NCBI GenBank assembly: GCA_012295275.1
Contig: CM022673.1
Span: 9,610,001-9,674,000, forward strand
Reading direction: 5' to 3'
Length of the DNA stretch: 64,000 bases
Source: Chrysomallon squamiferum
Lineage: Eukaryota; Animalia; Mollusca
The notes beneath the pieces are model-generated. The model saw only the letters and a program-made list of their open reading frames with translations. It was not told the DNA's origin and did not search any database. The translations under genes were made by a program, and so were the position numbers. Positions within the stretch are counted from its first letter, which is position 1. The number at the start of each line of letters is the position of its first letter. Of this stretch, positions 13,699-28,748 are shown piece after piece.

Positions 13699-16652
13699 CA
13701 AACATGAAAAACAATCACTTTACCATTTTTATATCATCAGTAAAACTAAATTTTATTTCTGGCCTTTATTTTAAAAAAAAAAAAAAAATTCTTTTCCTTC
13801 TTTTTATTTAATTTTTTTAATTTCTATTTTCTTTCAGTGAGGACGGCAACATGGACTACATTCAGGAAGACCCCTACAGCAGCCACCGAATGCCTCACCA
13901 TAACGATCCATATCAGTCATCATACAACCCTGGCAACTACAACATTAATTCACCATATGATCGGGGTGATCATTCCCCTCATGGCTCTCACATTTCTTTA
14001 CAAAGTACTGGCAGCAACCGACCAGCATCAAGGGTATAGTCACTACATTCTTCACTTCTGCATAATCTCTTGTAACACAGACTCTTGTACTTCTGGGGAT
14101 TCTAGCTTATTATAGCATATATTGATTAAAGTTTAAACAAGCTTGCAGTGTGAAATACACTGCAAAGGGTAGACAACAATGCAGACGTGTATGCAACAGT
14201 GAACCATCCAAAAACATATGTAAATTAGATTTTTCATATTACTGGGAATTCTGGTTAATATGTAGATGCAGCTGATGTTTAAGAAAACATATGTTGAAAA
14301 AAATGTATATATAATTTATAACTAAATATACATACAGGCAAAAATAGACCTCACAAAGAACATTTAAATTAGACTCTGATATTATAGGAATTCTGGCTGA
14401 GATAGCTTAAGAAAGCATCTGCTTAAAAATTACAGATAAGTTACACTTCAGGATGCATTTACACAAAAATAGATCTTTGCAAAAAATTAAAACTCAGTCA
14501 TGTATATACAACCATACCCAGCACATATATACACACACCACCATTAATAATGTATACTTTGTTATTACTTGAAATTTCTGGCTGATAACCTACATTTATG
14601 CAGTTATATTTTAGAGAAATAACAGTCAAATTTTACAACAATTCATACATAAATTATTTTTCTTAAAATGTGTGATGGTGTGTGTTCATAGTATAAATTA
14701 AAAAAAAAAATCTATCTATACCGAACTCTGATGTGAATTAAGTTCAGTTTCATTCAAACAGTCCATACTAACATCATGAGATTACATTTAAGTAATCATA
14801 CTAATATTATTAATATTATTTTAATTTTTGTTCTTCCAGGCAAAAGGCCCCTACCCACAAGAACAGCAGAATGGAAACTATGCTACTTACCAGTCAATCT
14901 CGCGCCCTGTGGACGATCTGCGAGCCTCACCCCTGCCTGGATCAGCCTCACCCCTGGGCCAGGATCCATCAAGGTTTACACCCAATCATCATCCTGCGAG
15001 CTATCGCAATTTGTTGCCGCATTACGGCGCCTCGCCGCAAGGCAGTGTCTCACGCTATAGTGATGAATCACAGCCCGAAGGCTACCCTCATCACTTAGAT
15101 CAGTATAACAGCTTTGGGTCCAGGTAGTTAACCTTTCACTCAACAGTCCTGCCAGTTTTTACCTGTAGAAATAAGTTAATAATAATTAAAAAAAAAAAAA
15201 AAAAAAAAAAAAGGAGGTTTTATAAAAAATAATAATAAATAAAAAAAAGTAGAAAACAATGATATGGTATGTTATTAGAGATTACTGTTTGAAGATGTGT
15301 TTCCAGGTTATATGCATGAAGTAAGAATAATGAAGATTAAGGAAGAAAATTAATTTTAAAAAAAGTTAAATAATAATAGAAGAAAATTCATTATTTTGTT
15401 TTGCCAACTAATATGATGCTAACTGTTGCAAGATTAATTTCGTTTCATTTCAGTTATTAACAAAATGTTCTGTGCATGAGAATTTGAAAATATATATTTG
15501 AGAAACATAGTAGAAATTTAACACCATTAGAGATGTGTGTTTTTTTGTAATTAATATTTGATAAATATTAGAGGATTTTTCATTACTACTATAACTGTTG
15601 ATTTTTATTTATTTATTTTTATTTAATTTTGTTTGTTTTATTTACTTTGTTATTTTTTGTTATTTATTTATTTATTTTTTTCTATAACTTAATTATTATT
15701 TTATTTAACTATTTATTCATCTTTATTACTATTATTATTATTTTTGTTATTATAATCTTATTATTTATAACTGCTATCAATCAATTTTAATAGTGTCACA
15801 TGAAAATTAACCTCTCAGTTTGAAAGCTATTTTAGTTTTAAGATTACTTGAGAAACAGAAAACTGGCAGAGCTGTCTATTCTTGGTATGGAAGGTTTTCT
15901 GCACATAAAAATTGTCACCATATATCACACAATTTCTGATAGGAAATAGAAAAATCTTTTCTTTCAGTATCTATATTTTACAAAAAATTTATAACCTTAT
16001 TTGTTACTTTTCATAACTTCCTTTATCATTTTAAATTTTTCATACAAATTTTGGAAGTAAAGATTTATATAAAATTTCTAATTGTAAGTAAATGAAAATA
16101 TTACAGTAAAAAACCCAGTAATTAATTAATATAGCTTTGCTGAAATATAAATATATTTGGTTGTGAATAAACTCATTCATGCCTAAATCATTAAATACTA
16201 TTTACTTTCTTGTAAAGTTCATAAATTCTATGATAAATTGTTTATTTTACTAACAATTTATTAAAAATAATAACCAGTGACAATTTTTATGTTACTGTTT
16301 GTGAATGTAATTTTGTATATTTCTGTATATTTCTGTATATTTCTGTATATTTCTTTTGTATATTCTTCATATAATCTTTTCTTTGGTATAGTTGTTGTTA
16401 GCTTTTCTAATTGTTGTATATTTTTTTAAGTGGTAAATAATGAGAAAGTAATTGTTGTTTTATAATAGTTAAAAAAAAAAATTAAAATCTATATTTTTGT
16501 AAATTCTAATTTAAAAAAATTTAAAACAAAAGATTGAAAGAAAATCAATTCATGTTTGGCATGTTTATAATGGAACTCATAAATATTTGTTCTAAATATT
16601 GAAATATCCAAAATACGTGTATTATGTCTTTTCTAACAGCAAAAATTTAAAC

Positions 16653-16730
<78 letters not shown>

Positions 16731-18630
16731 TAAATAAATAAATAAATAATTAAAAGAAAAACAATGTCCCCCATTTCAAAAAAAGAAACAACAAACAAAA
16801 TAACAAAAGCAAAATTTGATCAGATATTTAAATTAATATATTAAACTGTTCCTAATTATTAGACCGTAGATACATTAAAAATGTGTTTATTATAATATTA
16901 ATTAGTCTTGTAATCACCATAAAGCAAACTGTCTCCACATTATTTAGAATAAGTTAAAAAAAAAACTTTTTTCAGTATAATATATATATACACATTACTT
17001 TTGTAAATATTTACCTGTAAATATTTGTACTCATGTTCAACTTTATCATTGTTGTCTGCTTTTAGATCAGAGTCACTTCATTTAGTTTTTGTTTACTGTT
17101 GTTTACTGTTGTTTACTTCACTAGATTTAGTCTTTGTTTACTGTGTATGTACTATGATAGATTTGTATTCATTCACTTTACTAGATTCAGTGTTTGTTTA
17201 AAACCTCTACACAGCTATAATTGCTATATTTGGTCAGTTTTTGCAACGTATGCATTTTGACAGATTTAATCTTTGTGTACTTTGTATACACTTAGCTAGA
17301 TTTGATCTATGTTCACAATATATTGATGCTGATAGATTTGGGGTATGTTTGCAGCTTTTTTCCCTTTCTGTAATTGTTTGATTCAGTTTACTAAATTCGG
17401 TATGTTTACATCATAAACACTTTGCTAGATTTTGAACTATTTAGAGCATGTTATAACTTTGCTAGATCTGAACTATTTACAGCAAGTTATAACTTCACTA
17501 GATTCAGTTAGTGCTTATAGCATATTCATTGCTAATAATAAAAGCATTGACTTATCAGTCATCTTGTTTGCACTGTTGTGGTTATTTCCCCTTCCAAGTA
17601 GAGCCCACAGGAGGATAAAAAATATCACCACCACCAAAAGAAATAAGGTTAAAAAAAAAAAACATTATAAAAAAAGAAAAAAGAAAGAAAGATCTGTTTT
17701 GTTGCAATTATTTCTCTTCAGTAGTGACATTCAGGTAACTAACAGAAAGATTTGTATATAATGAACAAGTTATCTATTTTCAGGAAATTGTTATTGAAAA
17801 GTCTGTTAATTCTATTCAAAATTTTATCTTGACACTCAAAATATACGCTTACTAATAAAAATAAATACTAACATAGCTTATGCATAAAATGGTTTTGGAT
17901 TTTAAGATACTCTATATATTTTCCAGGTTAATGGGTTTCATAAACAAAAACTGTATATTAATAAACGTAACTACATAATTAACATTACATTTCAACTTAC
18001 TTAACAGAAATATATCTTTAAACATTTGGAAGTTTCTTGTCTTTATATTTGAAAAAAAGTCTCTTCCACTAATGAGGATATTTTTTGTTTAAAATTGCAC
18101 ACACTGTATAATCTGGGTTGGCTGTGCAAACATAAACTAATCCAACTTGCAGTGGAATATGGCTGGCTTCGGGTTGATTCATATTCAGTTGTTTGTTTAC
18201 AACATAGTTGCAGATATTTTAATCAGTTGTGTTGTAACCTAATAAAACTTGAGTTCAGCATTTTTTCAAAAACATTTTTTGCCTGTATTATATATAGAAT
18301 ACTTCTGTAACATGAAATATAAAAAAAAAAAAAAAAAGAGAAAACCCATATGAAAATAATAATAATAATAATAATAATAACAGCAACAAAACAACAACAA
18401 TAATAATGAAATTAATAATAATAATAATAATAGTTAAATAAACAAATAAATAAATAAATCTGTTTTTTAATTTAAGAATTAAAAAAAAGAATGTAAATAC
18501 TAATTTACTCCAGGTGTCTTTTATATAAAACCACTTCAGCTTTATATCATTTTGTTTTTTTGAAAACAGAATGTGCTTTTAATGCATATGACAGGTTTAT
18601 CTTGATTATTGAATTATTTTTTTTAAATCA

Positions 18631-18662
<32 letters not shown>

Positions 18663-21600
18663 TAATTACCTCAGTTTGTGTTTGGTCTTCTTCAAGTTTT
18701 ATCTGAATCACAGACCTGCTTCTAACAGCTTGTACAACATTAGTAATAAAAAAATAGATGTGCAGGAAACTTTAATTTAGAAAAATAACAAATACCTGTA
18801 TTTATGTACAAGTAATAAATTCTCAAGTACATAGCTTTTAGATACAAATAATAAAAAAAAAAAAAGTATAATTGTTTATCAATAATCTAAGAATTATTCT
18901 CAAAAAAGGAATGGTACAGACATGGATAATTCAGATTGGGAAAAGTTTGTTTTAAAAAGCTGAACTCAGTTTTATAGTTAGCTATGTTTAGATGATTTGG
19001 TTAGTATTGTTGTAATATATCACATGCTTTTTATATTTCTTCTCTGAAAGTTTAAATGATTGGTTGCATAATTCTAGTTTTTATAATGTTGTTGTTATAT
19101 CATTCTACTGTAGTTTTCTAAAGTTTCATTGATTAGTTGTATAATTTCATTTAAATTTACAGAATGATTTCTATAATAGTTACATTTATCTAATTTCATT
19201 TTTTATCAGGATTTTAATTTTTTTTTTTTATAAATGTTTGTAAGTGGCATGGATCGCAATAAAAAGTTTTAACAAATTTACTTTTTACATCTGAAAATTG
19301 CTTTCAACTAATAGAAGTTCAGTACAGAATAGAAATATATATAAAAAATTAGGTTAATGTTATTTTCTGCTTTGTCAAATTGTACGACATTATTACTTTT
19401 AATTCTAATTCAGACTTGCAAAATAGATTTCAGAATTACAATTTTACTACATCTAAAAAATTACATGTACAAAATTATTATTATTATTAACATATATATT
19501 TTAAAATTTTCTAGGGATCCTCCTTATGCAGATAACAGAAACAGTTTCCAAATTCCACCAGAGATGGGTCCCTCTCCATACCAGGGTGGAGATCCTGCAT
19601 ACCCTCAGTATGAAGACCGATACCCAGAACCGCAGTATCCAGACCAGCCAGATGAAATACAAAACCCAGGCTCTCCGGTCAGAGATCTTTACAATGGTGC
19701 AAATCGCCCAGACAACTTTGACAGATACGGAGACCAGCCTCAGGTTCCTGATGACCAGTTCCAGCATCCAGAACCTCTAGACCACAGCAGAGATCAATCA
19801 TACAACAATGATGACTATGGAAACAGACCTCATCAGTACTATGATGACCAGGCTGGGAACAGGTATCCCAATAACGAACCGAGTTACAGTGAAGATCCTA
19901 GAGATCCTCAAAATTACGGTGATTATCCTAATGATTCCTTTCCGGGACCCACTGCCCCTGGGGACAGGTACAGTTACCAGGATCCCTTGCGGGACCAGTA
20001 TCCTGGACATCCTCAAGAACAGTTTGGTTCTGCTCCTCTTGGTGAAGATAATGCACCATACAACAGCAGTTATCCTAATGACTCTATAAACAATGAGCCA
20101 CGCTATCGTGATAGTGTTGATCATCCAGATGATCCATACAGGAACAGGGATGTTCCAGAGGATCCTTACAGGAGCAGGGATGTTCCAGAGGATCCTTACA
20201 GGAGCAGCGATATTCCAGAAGATTCTTTCAGGAATAGAGAAATTCCAGAGGATCCTTACAGGAGCAGGGATGTTCCAGAGGATCCTTACAGGAACAGGGA
20301 TCTTCCGGAGGATCCTTACAGGAATAGAGATCCAGATTTGTATGGTACACATTCACCTGGACCAAATGTTAATGATAATCACAGGGATTATCATGATCCA
20401 TATGCTGATCATCCTGGAGATGATCCAAATTTGATTCACAGGATGGAAGGATTACCGCCTTTGAGACAAGACCCATTTGCTGATGATCCTTTCCAGCAGA
20501 AACAGGAAGCTTTGCAGCCTGCTGAGGAAGATCCATATCATCGTGGACCATCACCTTCTCAAGGTCAGTAAACTTTGAGTGTTTTTACATAGTAAACAGA
20601 ATGCATGGTCACTAGCGATACTGAAATATGCAGTGTGGTTGTATTGAAAAGTAAAGCCCTGTTGGTTGCATTTAATCCATTTAGATGTCTGATCTTTTAA
20701 AATAGACTTTAGGTTTGTTGTAGATCTGTTACACAGGCTTTTAATAGACTGTTATTTACTGTATTTAATGTTTGTGATAAACTGACAGAAAATAATTAAT
20801 TTTGTTTTCAGAACTGGATAGGGGGATTTATATATATTGATATGGAATATGTTTGGAGTCATATTGTAATCATAATTATTTATTTTTCTGTTATATTAGC
20901 TGAGAGATAACCAGTGAGGTAGAAGTCTCTAATTAATTTATATAATAATTAAGTATATTTAAATTAAGGATTCAGGTACATATTTCATGTATATAATGAA
21001 ATGTTAACTATTGTTTATAAATACATGTATACTTTTTCTTAAACACATTAATAAATTTATTTATATAGTTATTTTCACTTCACCAATACCATTTGGAGTT
21101 ACTGTTACCAAATGACAACTTTGTTACATATAATTTCGTAACTATTTAATCCTTCAAATAATAATTTTCTGTCAGTTTCTGTGGTGATTAGTTGCATGCC
21201 AGTACAAACAGCTGTACACTTGTCTTCAGGTCCAGCTCCATATGAAGACCAGGGTCCCCCGGGGCCCCAGTACAATGATCAGTCATACGACGACAGGGAC
21301 GGCCCGCCTGCTCCGTATGACTCCAGTGCCCCACCTCACTATGATTACCAGGACAACCAGGTTCCACTGTACCCGGAGGAAGAGGGCCCTCTGTTAGGAG
21401 CTCCAGCTGACCGTTTTCTGATGGCCGACGTACTCCATCAGACACTGGCAGGCCTGGTTGTAAGTCACATTAAACTATGATACATCCGTTTTTGTCTTGA
21501 AGTATAGCTGTTCTGCATACAGAACAAATACAGTTTCATTGCTTTTGAACAAAGGTTTTAATTTTTTTTTATTTTTTTTTTTTTAAAGAGTATGTACAAG

Positions 21601-23263
21601 AAAGAATTAGTCTAAACAGCATTGTTTATTCTTGTTAGTAAAAATGGTGTTCTAAAAACCAGACTGAATACAGCTTATAAACTATCAGGTTACATTTCTG
21701 TTATTATTAATTAAAATTGTTTTTTTTAGTTAAATTGTATCTAGATTTTGTAATGGTATTGACAACAAACATAAATATATTTCATATACCTATTCTTGTT
21801 AGATTGGTAGCTATGAAAAAAACAAAACAAAAAAAATAGCCTAAATATATTTTATAAATGTTTGACTTATAAATGTTTGGTGCTTGTTAAAAACAGCATT
21901 GGTGATGCTAACAAAAGTTCTAAATATAATTGGATACTACCATGTTATTATAATTATGTATTATTATTATCATTATTTATACAACAGTGAATTTGTGAAT
22001 TTGTGTGCAACAGTTTTAAATTAGATTTTATATGTGTGTGTGCATGTTCACAATTTGTTATTCTAGCTAGCATTTGAGTTTTGGCTGAAATACACTTTAA
22101 TATGATGATGATGATGATGATGATATTGATAATAATAGTAATTATAATTAATCATAATTACAATAATAGTAACAATTTAAAAAAATAATTAATAAAGGCA
22201 ATAATAATAAAAGTAAGAATAACCACATAACAACAACAACAACAACAACAACAACAGTAATAATATTAGTAGTAAAGATAATAGCTATTATGATTAATTT
22301 AAGCCAGTAATAATAATAATAATAATAATAACAAAATAATAATAATATAAAATATGTTGATATTAGTCCTAATAATATTAATAAAAACAATAATAATAAA
22401 AGTAAGAATAACATCATAACAACAACAGTAATAATACTAATAGTAAAAATAATTATGATTATGATTATTTTGCCAGTAATGATGATAATAATAATAATAA
22501 TAATAATGATAATAATAATAACAGTAATAATAATAGTCTTTAACTTACCCATGATGATGATGATATCAAAATACAACCTTCAGAATTCAGAAAATAAAAA
22601 AACCCTGCAGCCAATTTTCCTTTCATAGACAGGCAATGATGCTATGAAATGGAGAGTAATTTATTAATTATCTGTTGACAGTCAGGCTGTTTTAAAATAA
22701 TTTTCAAACTATTCCATAACAGTCCTCTCAGACAGGGCCATGTTGCTACATCGTTGATTATGTTTTGTCACTGGCTCATCACAATAAGCCAAACGTTGCT
22801 ACATGTTTGGATGAATACTGGCTTTGTTTTCCCGTGACCCAACATGCCATTGTACTTTCAAGTTGTCATTATCAGTGAGAAATTCTTGGCATTCCATGTG
22901 TAAGAGCACTTTAGTCTTCTTCATGTAAAAGTCTGTCTTCTTGTACTGCCAAAATGTCCACTGAGGCCCATGCAGGAAACAGGTTTCATTTTAGCTTTTC
23001 ATGTAAGTCCTATGGTTTTGTTAGCTTTTATCTAGTGACATGGGTTACAGTGTGTTTTTGAATAGTTTTAGCATGTTTATATGTGAAATGCTATTAAGTT
23101 ATAAAGTAATGTATAGAGTTTAGGTGTATATGTGAGAATTTTATTTTATAATTAAGCATATTTGAAGATAAATTTGTATTCTAATTTAGTTTACCTTAAT
23201 AGTTTGAACTTTATGAATAAATGACATATTTTGTCTTTTATTATGCTACATAATTTTTAATTG

Positions 23264-23301
<38 letters not shown>

Positions 23302-23714
23302 TATTTATTTTTTATTATTATTATTTTTTTAATTGTGCAAGTTCTTGATGAATAAATAAGCTATGTATAAATATCAGTAAAGTTGTTAATGTTACCCATT
23401 GTTTTAGAAACAGATCTATGTACAATGATCCCAACATTTTATTACTTTCAAAATATCCATTTATCTGTTCGATATCATCCACAGAGTTTTATTAACTTTT
23501 TATTTGAACAACTTATATTTTTATATATTAATATTTTAAAACATACTCTTAAGAGCATTTATTGGTAAAGTTATTATATACTAAAATTATCATTTTGAAT
23601 AACTGTCTTGGATAATTATTTTATATTGAAGTGCTAGAAAATACTGTGAAGCCATGAAGTGGCCACAGGATTTAAATATATTTTTGAATGCATGTATAAA
23701 TGGGTATTATCATT

Positions 23715-23746
<32 letters not shown>

Positions 23747-24565
23747 AAATTAATAATGTATTTATGTATGTATATTCTTTTGAAAAAAGTGTAATAATTA
23801 TTTACACAAAACAGAATGTATAATAAATTAGTAATAATTTTTTTTTTTTTTAGAAACTGAAGAATATGAAAATTAATCACATAACTTTAAAAAATTGTAC
23901 CAAAATTTGTTGTTGTAGCACTGAGGTGGAGGAACCCAGACTTGCAGGAAGTAATAGATTACCTCAGTCACTACGACGCCAACGTCAAAGCCCATGCTGC
24001 TGCTTATCTACAACATCTCTGCTTTATGGATGATGGCATTAAAGCCAAAACAAGGTAATATATAGAGCACAACAAACTGACATATGTCAAGGAATCTGTA
24101 ATTCAGTATATATTCAAGATGAAAAGAAATAATAAATTTTTATTAATAAAGAAATCTAAGACATTTTGAGAAAATGTATTTTTTTTTCTGATTTTTTTTC
24201 TTCTATAAATTAACTAAGTATCATAACTGCTTAATTCTACCTACATTGGTGTATTAACATATTTCATTGGACTTTTTCTTGTTCCAACCTGTACTCTGGA
24301 TCTGATAATATAATTATCTTTTTACTAATAAAAAGTAATAAAAATAGGAACTTTCCTGGCACTATCAGTTTCCTGTATCATTAATTCAGTCTAGATTTTT
24401 AAAATTATTATTACTACTATTTTTTGTTTTTTAATAAATAATTGCATAAAACAATAAATATCACGTTAAATATTAATAGGGAATAACAACAACAAAAAAA
24501 AAAAAACAGTCACATTTATTTTTTCTTAACTTTAATTTAAAAAAGGTATTCATTTATTGTATGTT

Positions 24566-24606
<41 letters not shown>

Positions 24607-27600
24607 TCTATAGGCCCTCTATACTGTTAAGTTTATTCTTCAGGAATATGTATACATATTTTTTTTATCTTTTTGAAAATAAAAAAAAGATAACAGTAAC
24701 AAATGTATGTTATTAGATAACTAGCTGTTTAGTTCATGACGGAAATAATTGTCAGTTTTTTTATTTTTATTTTCATTAAAAAATAAAATAAAATAGTTTG
24801 TGATCAAAATAATAAATTGATATTAAACATTCTACTAAATAATTTGTGAGCAAATGAAGTGAAAAGAAAAGGAAAAAGAAATAATTTTAAAAAATCTACC
24901 TAACCAATTATCTTAAGTCATTTAATTTTTGTTTTTCTTTTTTCTTTCATTAGTTTAAAAAAGATATGGTAACTATTAAATTACCTTTTATAGAAAGGAC
25001 TGAAAATTATTGTGGTTTTTTTGTAGTTTTCTAAGAATTGAATCATTCTGCAAACATGAAGCACTTAGAAAAAAAAAAAAAAAAAAGATTTAATTTCTTA
25101 ATGATTCCAACACATTTTAATGTTAGCAGTTGTCTATCAGTCTTAACAAGTTGTGTAAAAGATGAAATCTGCATCCTCAGCTTTTCAGATTGTTTTATTG
25201 ATCACATCAAGAAGTCTTTTTTTAATGTAAACATTACAGTATAAAATTACACAGAACCTTTAATATAGCTGTTACAATACAACAACTTAAATGAAAAGTG
25301 TTTATTTAAAGGTGTATTGAGAAATATTGAACCTATGACCTCTAACTTCTGAAGCTAGAGTTAAACCACTGAGGTTGCAGTCTCCTCTTTCTTTATTTAA
25401 TCTCTTTACTGACTTCACCTGAACCTGTAGTGACCTATAGCATTAATAGTGGACTGAGCTGTAACAGAATCTCTTATGTATCACTTTCCTATGGGTGCAG
25501 TATATTTGCTGGCATCACCTACTTTTACTATAGGTCAGATGTTTTGTCTTCAGATAACACATCTTATACGGGCTAAGGTTATTGAGATTTGTATTTTGAA
25601 AGTCAACTGGTTGTTTCGTTCTTTAATTCCCAATTTTCAGTTGTGTTTTTTTTCTTCTGTAAAACTGACAAATGGCTTGCACCAGTTTTGTTTATCTATT
25701 TTTCATCAGCTGGTTGCATCAGTGGATCTTCTTCACATCCATCTTGTCTGTTAGCAGTGTCATGATGAGCAACCATTTGTGAAATTAGAATTTTGAAATC
25801 TTGTTTATCTTCTATTTGTAAAATATATTTTTTTTTATCTATGATTTGTTGGGTTTTTTTCCCTGTGTACTCTGAATCAGCTACCATTGGCAGTTTAAGT
25901 TGTAATTTTTTTTGTGAGGAAAGAGTTTGTCAGGTTCTGATGAATCACTTTACTATTCTTTAGTGGAAATTAATTTCTTTTTTCATCCATTGTTCCATGT
26001 GTATTTTTTGTTGCAAGAAGTTATACATAATGTAATGCTTACTGGCTAAATGACTTCAAAAGCTTATGGAAGTCACAAGCTGTTTTTATAGATATATATA
26101 TATATATACATACATACACACACAGACAGACAGACAAAGACACCAGCAGAGAAAAAGTTTTTAAAGTTTTGACACCAAACAACAGTTAATATTAAAGTTT
26201 TGAGTTTTCTCCTCTCACCCTCATTTTGTCATTCTCTTTTTCTCTGCTGGTGTCTTTATCTGTCTGTGTGTCTGTGTGTCATTAAACTATTATATCATTG
26301 TTTTATGTTCACTGTTGTTTTGTAACTGTCTTCAGAGGCCTTGATGGAATCCGTCCTTTGATCAACTTGCTCAGCAATGAGTACCCAGAGGTTCACAGAA
26401 ACGCATGTGGTGCTCTGCAAAATCTTTCTTATGGAAAAACCAATGATGAAAATAAGGTTTGAAACTTGATAGTTTTATCACTGTTAGCAGTAGTAGTAGT
26501 AGTAGTGGTAGTGGTCATAGAATTAATTAGTAGATTAGTACTAATAGTAACAGTAGTAGTGTTTTTGTAATGGTCATATAATTAATTATCAGTAGTAGTT
26601 AATAGTACAAGTAGTAATAGTAGTAGTAGTAGTAGTAGTAGTAATAGCACTGGTATTTGTACTAATAGCAGAAATAATTTGTCAGTATTAGTTCTGGTTA
26701 TAAGAATAATGATGGTGATAGAAGTAATAGAACTTTAATAATATAATTATTATTACTAGTAGCTGCAATATTAAAAAAATAGTAATGATAGGGGTAGTTG
26801 TGACAGAAGTATATTAAATATTATTATTTGACTTTAATTTTTGATTTATTAATATTTTTTTTTTTTTTTTTTTTTACAGAATTTATTATCATTCAGTTTT
26901 ATGAAATATGCAATCATTATTATTGTTCTTAACAAGCATTTTATTGTCAGTATTAATTATTTTTGTATTTTTGTATATATATATTTTTTTATTTTTAAGT
27001 TATTATTTTGTTACAGAAAGCAATAAAAAATGCTGGAGGTATTCCTGAGTTAATTCGTCTGCTGCGTAAGACCCAGGATGAGGATGTGAAGGAAAGTGTG
27101 ACAGGAATTCTGTGGAATCTTTCATCCTGCGAGGTAAATTATTTAATATATTTTAGTGTTTACTGCTTGGTTTAATTCTCTGGTTAATTAAAAAAAAAGT
27201 GTGTAGGTGGAAGTGAGTTATTTGGGAAATGTTGTTAGGAGGTTTCTGTAATCTGAGATAAATAATTGGTTAAATTGATTTTTTTTTTGATTTTTTATCA
27301 AGTACACTCTCAGTGGCAATGAACTGTAATGAATGGATATTTAATCCCTTGTTGAAGTAGCTGCTTATTTAAATAGAGCAGAACAAATGTATAACCAGCA
27401 AGTATAAAGTATCACAAAAAGCATGTGTATGCATCATGTACAAACACACACATGCATACACATATTCAAATAAATATATGTGGGATGTTTAGAAACGTGT
27501 ACGCATTAATATACAAATTAATTCATAAACTTTTGACACACCCTATCATTGTTGTATAGTTTTGTATACATTGATTATTTTCATAATTTTCATTTTTTCT

Positions 27601-28717
27601 TTTTTTTTAACCAGGATTTGAAGAAGCCTATAATAGACAGTGGTTTAGCTGTTCTTGTCAACTCTGTGATAATTCCACACTCGGGCTGGGACAGGCTGGG
27701 GTCATCTCCAGAACAAGAGCACTGGACAACGGTCTTCAGAAATGCAACAGGTGTCATCAGGTGCGTAAACCTGTTATTTGTTACAGCAGTTCATACCTGA
27801 AGTAAACCTGGAAGTAATAACCATTTACTGTTAAAGCTGGCTTATTAATATTGTCTTGATATATATTTTGCCATTGTCATTGTTTTGTATTTTAATGTTT
27901 GCTTTAGTATATATAAAAAAAAATGTAATGGATTAAGATTTTTTTAGCTAATGCAACAGACTTTTTCAGTTTCTTTTATTTTTAGTAATAAATAATGATA
28001 ATGTAATTACCAAGTCAGTAGATTGCAGAAATTGCAGAAAGATTGAATATATTTAAAATTCTCAAAAATTGAATTTAAATTTGAATTTAATCTTCTCCTT
28101 ATTAATACTAAAATGTAAACTTCTCCTTATTAATATTTGAATTTAAAGTTCTTGTTAATATTTCAATTCAAACTTCTCATTATTAACATTTACATTTAAA
28201 CTTCTCCTTATTAATATTTGAATTTAAAGTTCTTAAACATTTAAATTCAAACTTCACATTTAAACTTTAACATTGGCTTTCTGATTTCTTAACAGTATTT
28301 GTATTATTGACATTTCAGAAACGTCAGTTCAGCTGGGTACGAAGCTAGGAAAAAGTTGCGAGAATGTCGAGGCTTGGTTAATGCGTTGTTACATACATTA
28401 AAAACGTCACAGGAAAGTGACATGGACAGCAAACCAGTGGAAAATATTGTGTGTATATTCCGAAACCTGTCGTACAGAATTCAAGAGGTGGAGGATCCTG
28501 AATTCTACAAGAAGAGAACGTTGTCACAGCAGCCATTACAGAAAAATGGTAGATTGTTATTTATTATCACACCAACATAATAGCATTTTTAAGACTTCTT
28601 TGTTATGTTATGGCATATTAAATTTATTTATGGCATATGAAATAAAACATGGTGTTTTATTTATTATAATTTTTATGTAATTAAAATTGTGTGTGTGTGT
28701 GTGAGTGTGAGTGTGAG

Positions 28718-28748
<31 letters not shown>

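Noticed and set aside
19798-20434. 184-aa antisense ORF and alternative-frame ORFs over the large catenin exon
   Set aside because: Shadows of the 30-bp coding repeat; no independent splice or domain evidence.
22148-22576. 142-aa hydrophobic minus-strand ORF
   Set aside because: Translation of (AAT)/(AAC) low-complexity repeats. The same applies to the ORFs at 9899-10323, 11188-11541 and 60726-61086.
22629-22655. Candidate 27-nt microexon (TGNDAMKWR) between catenin exons
   Set aside because: Plausible AG/GT flanks, but its 3n length does not repair the phase conflict and nothing else supports it.
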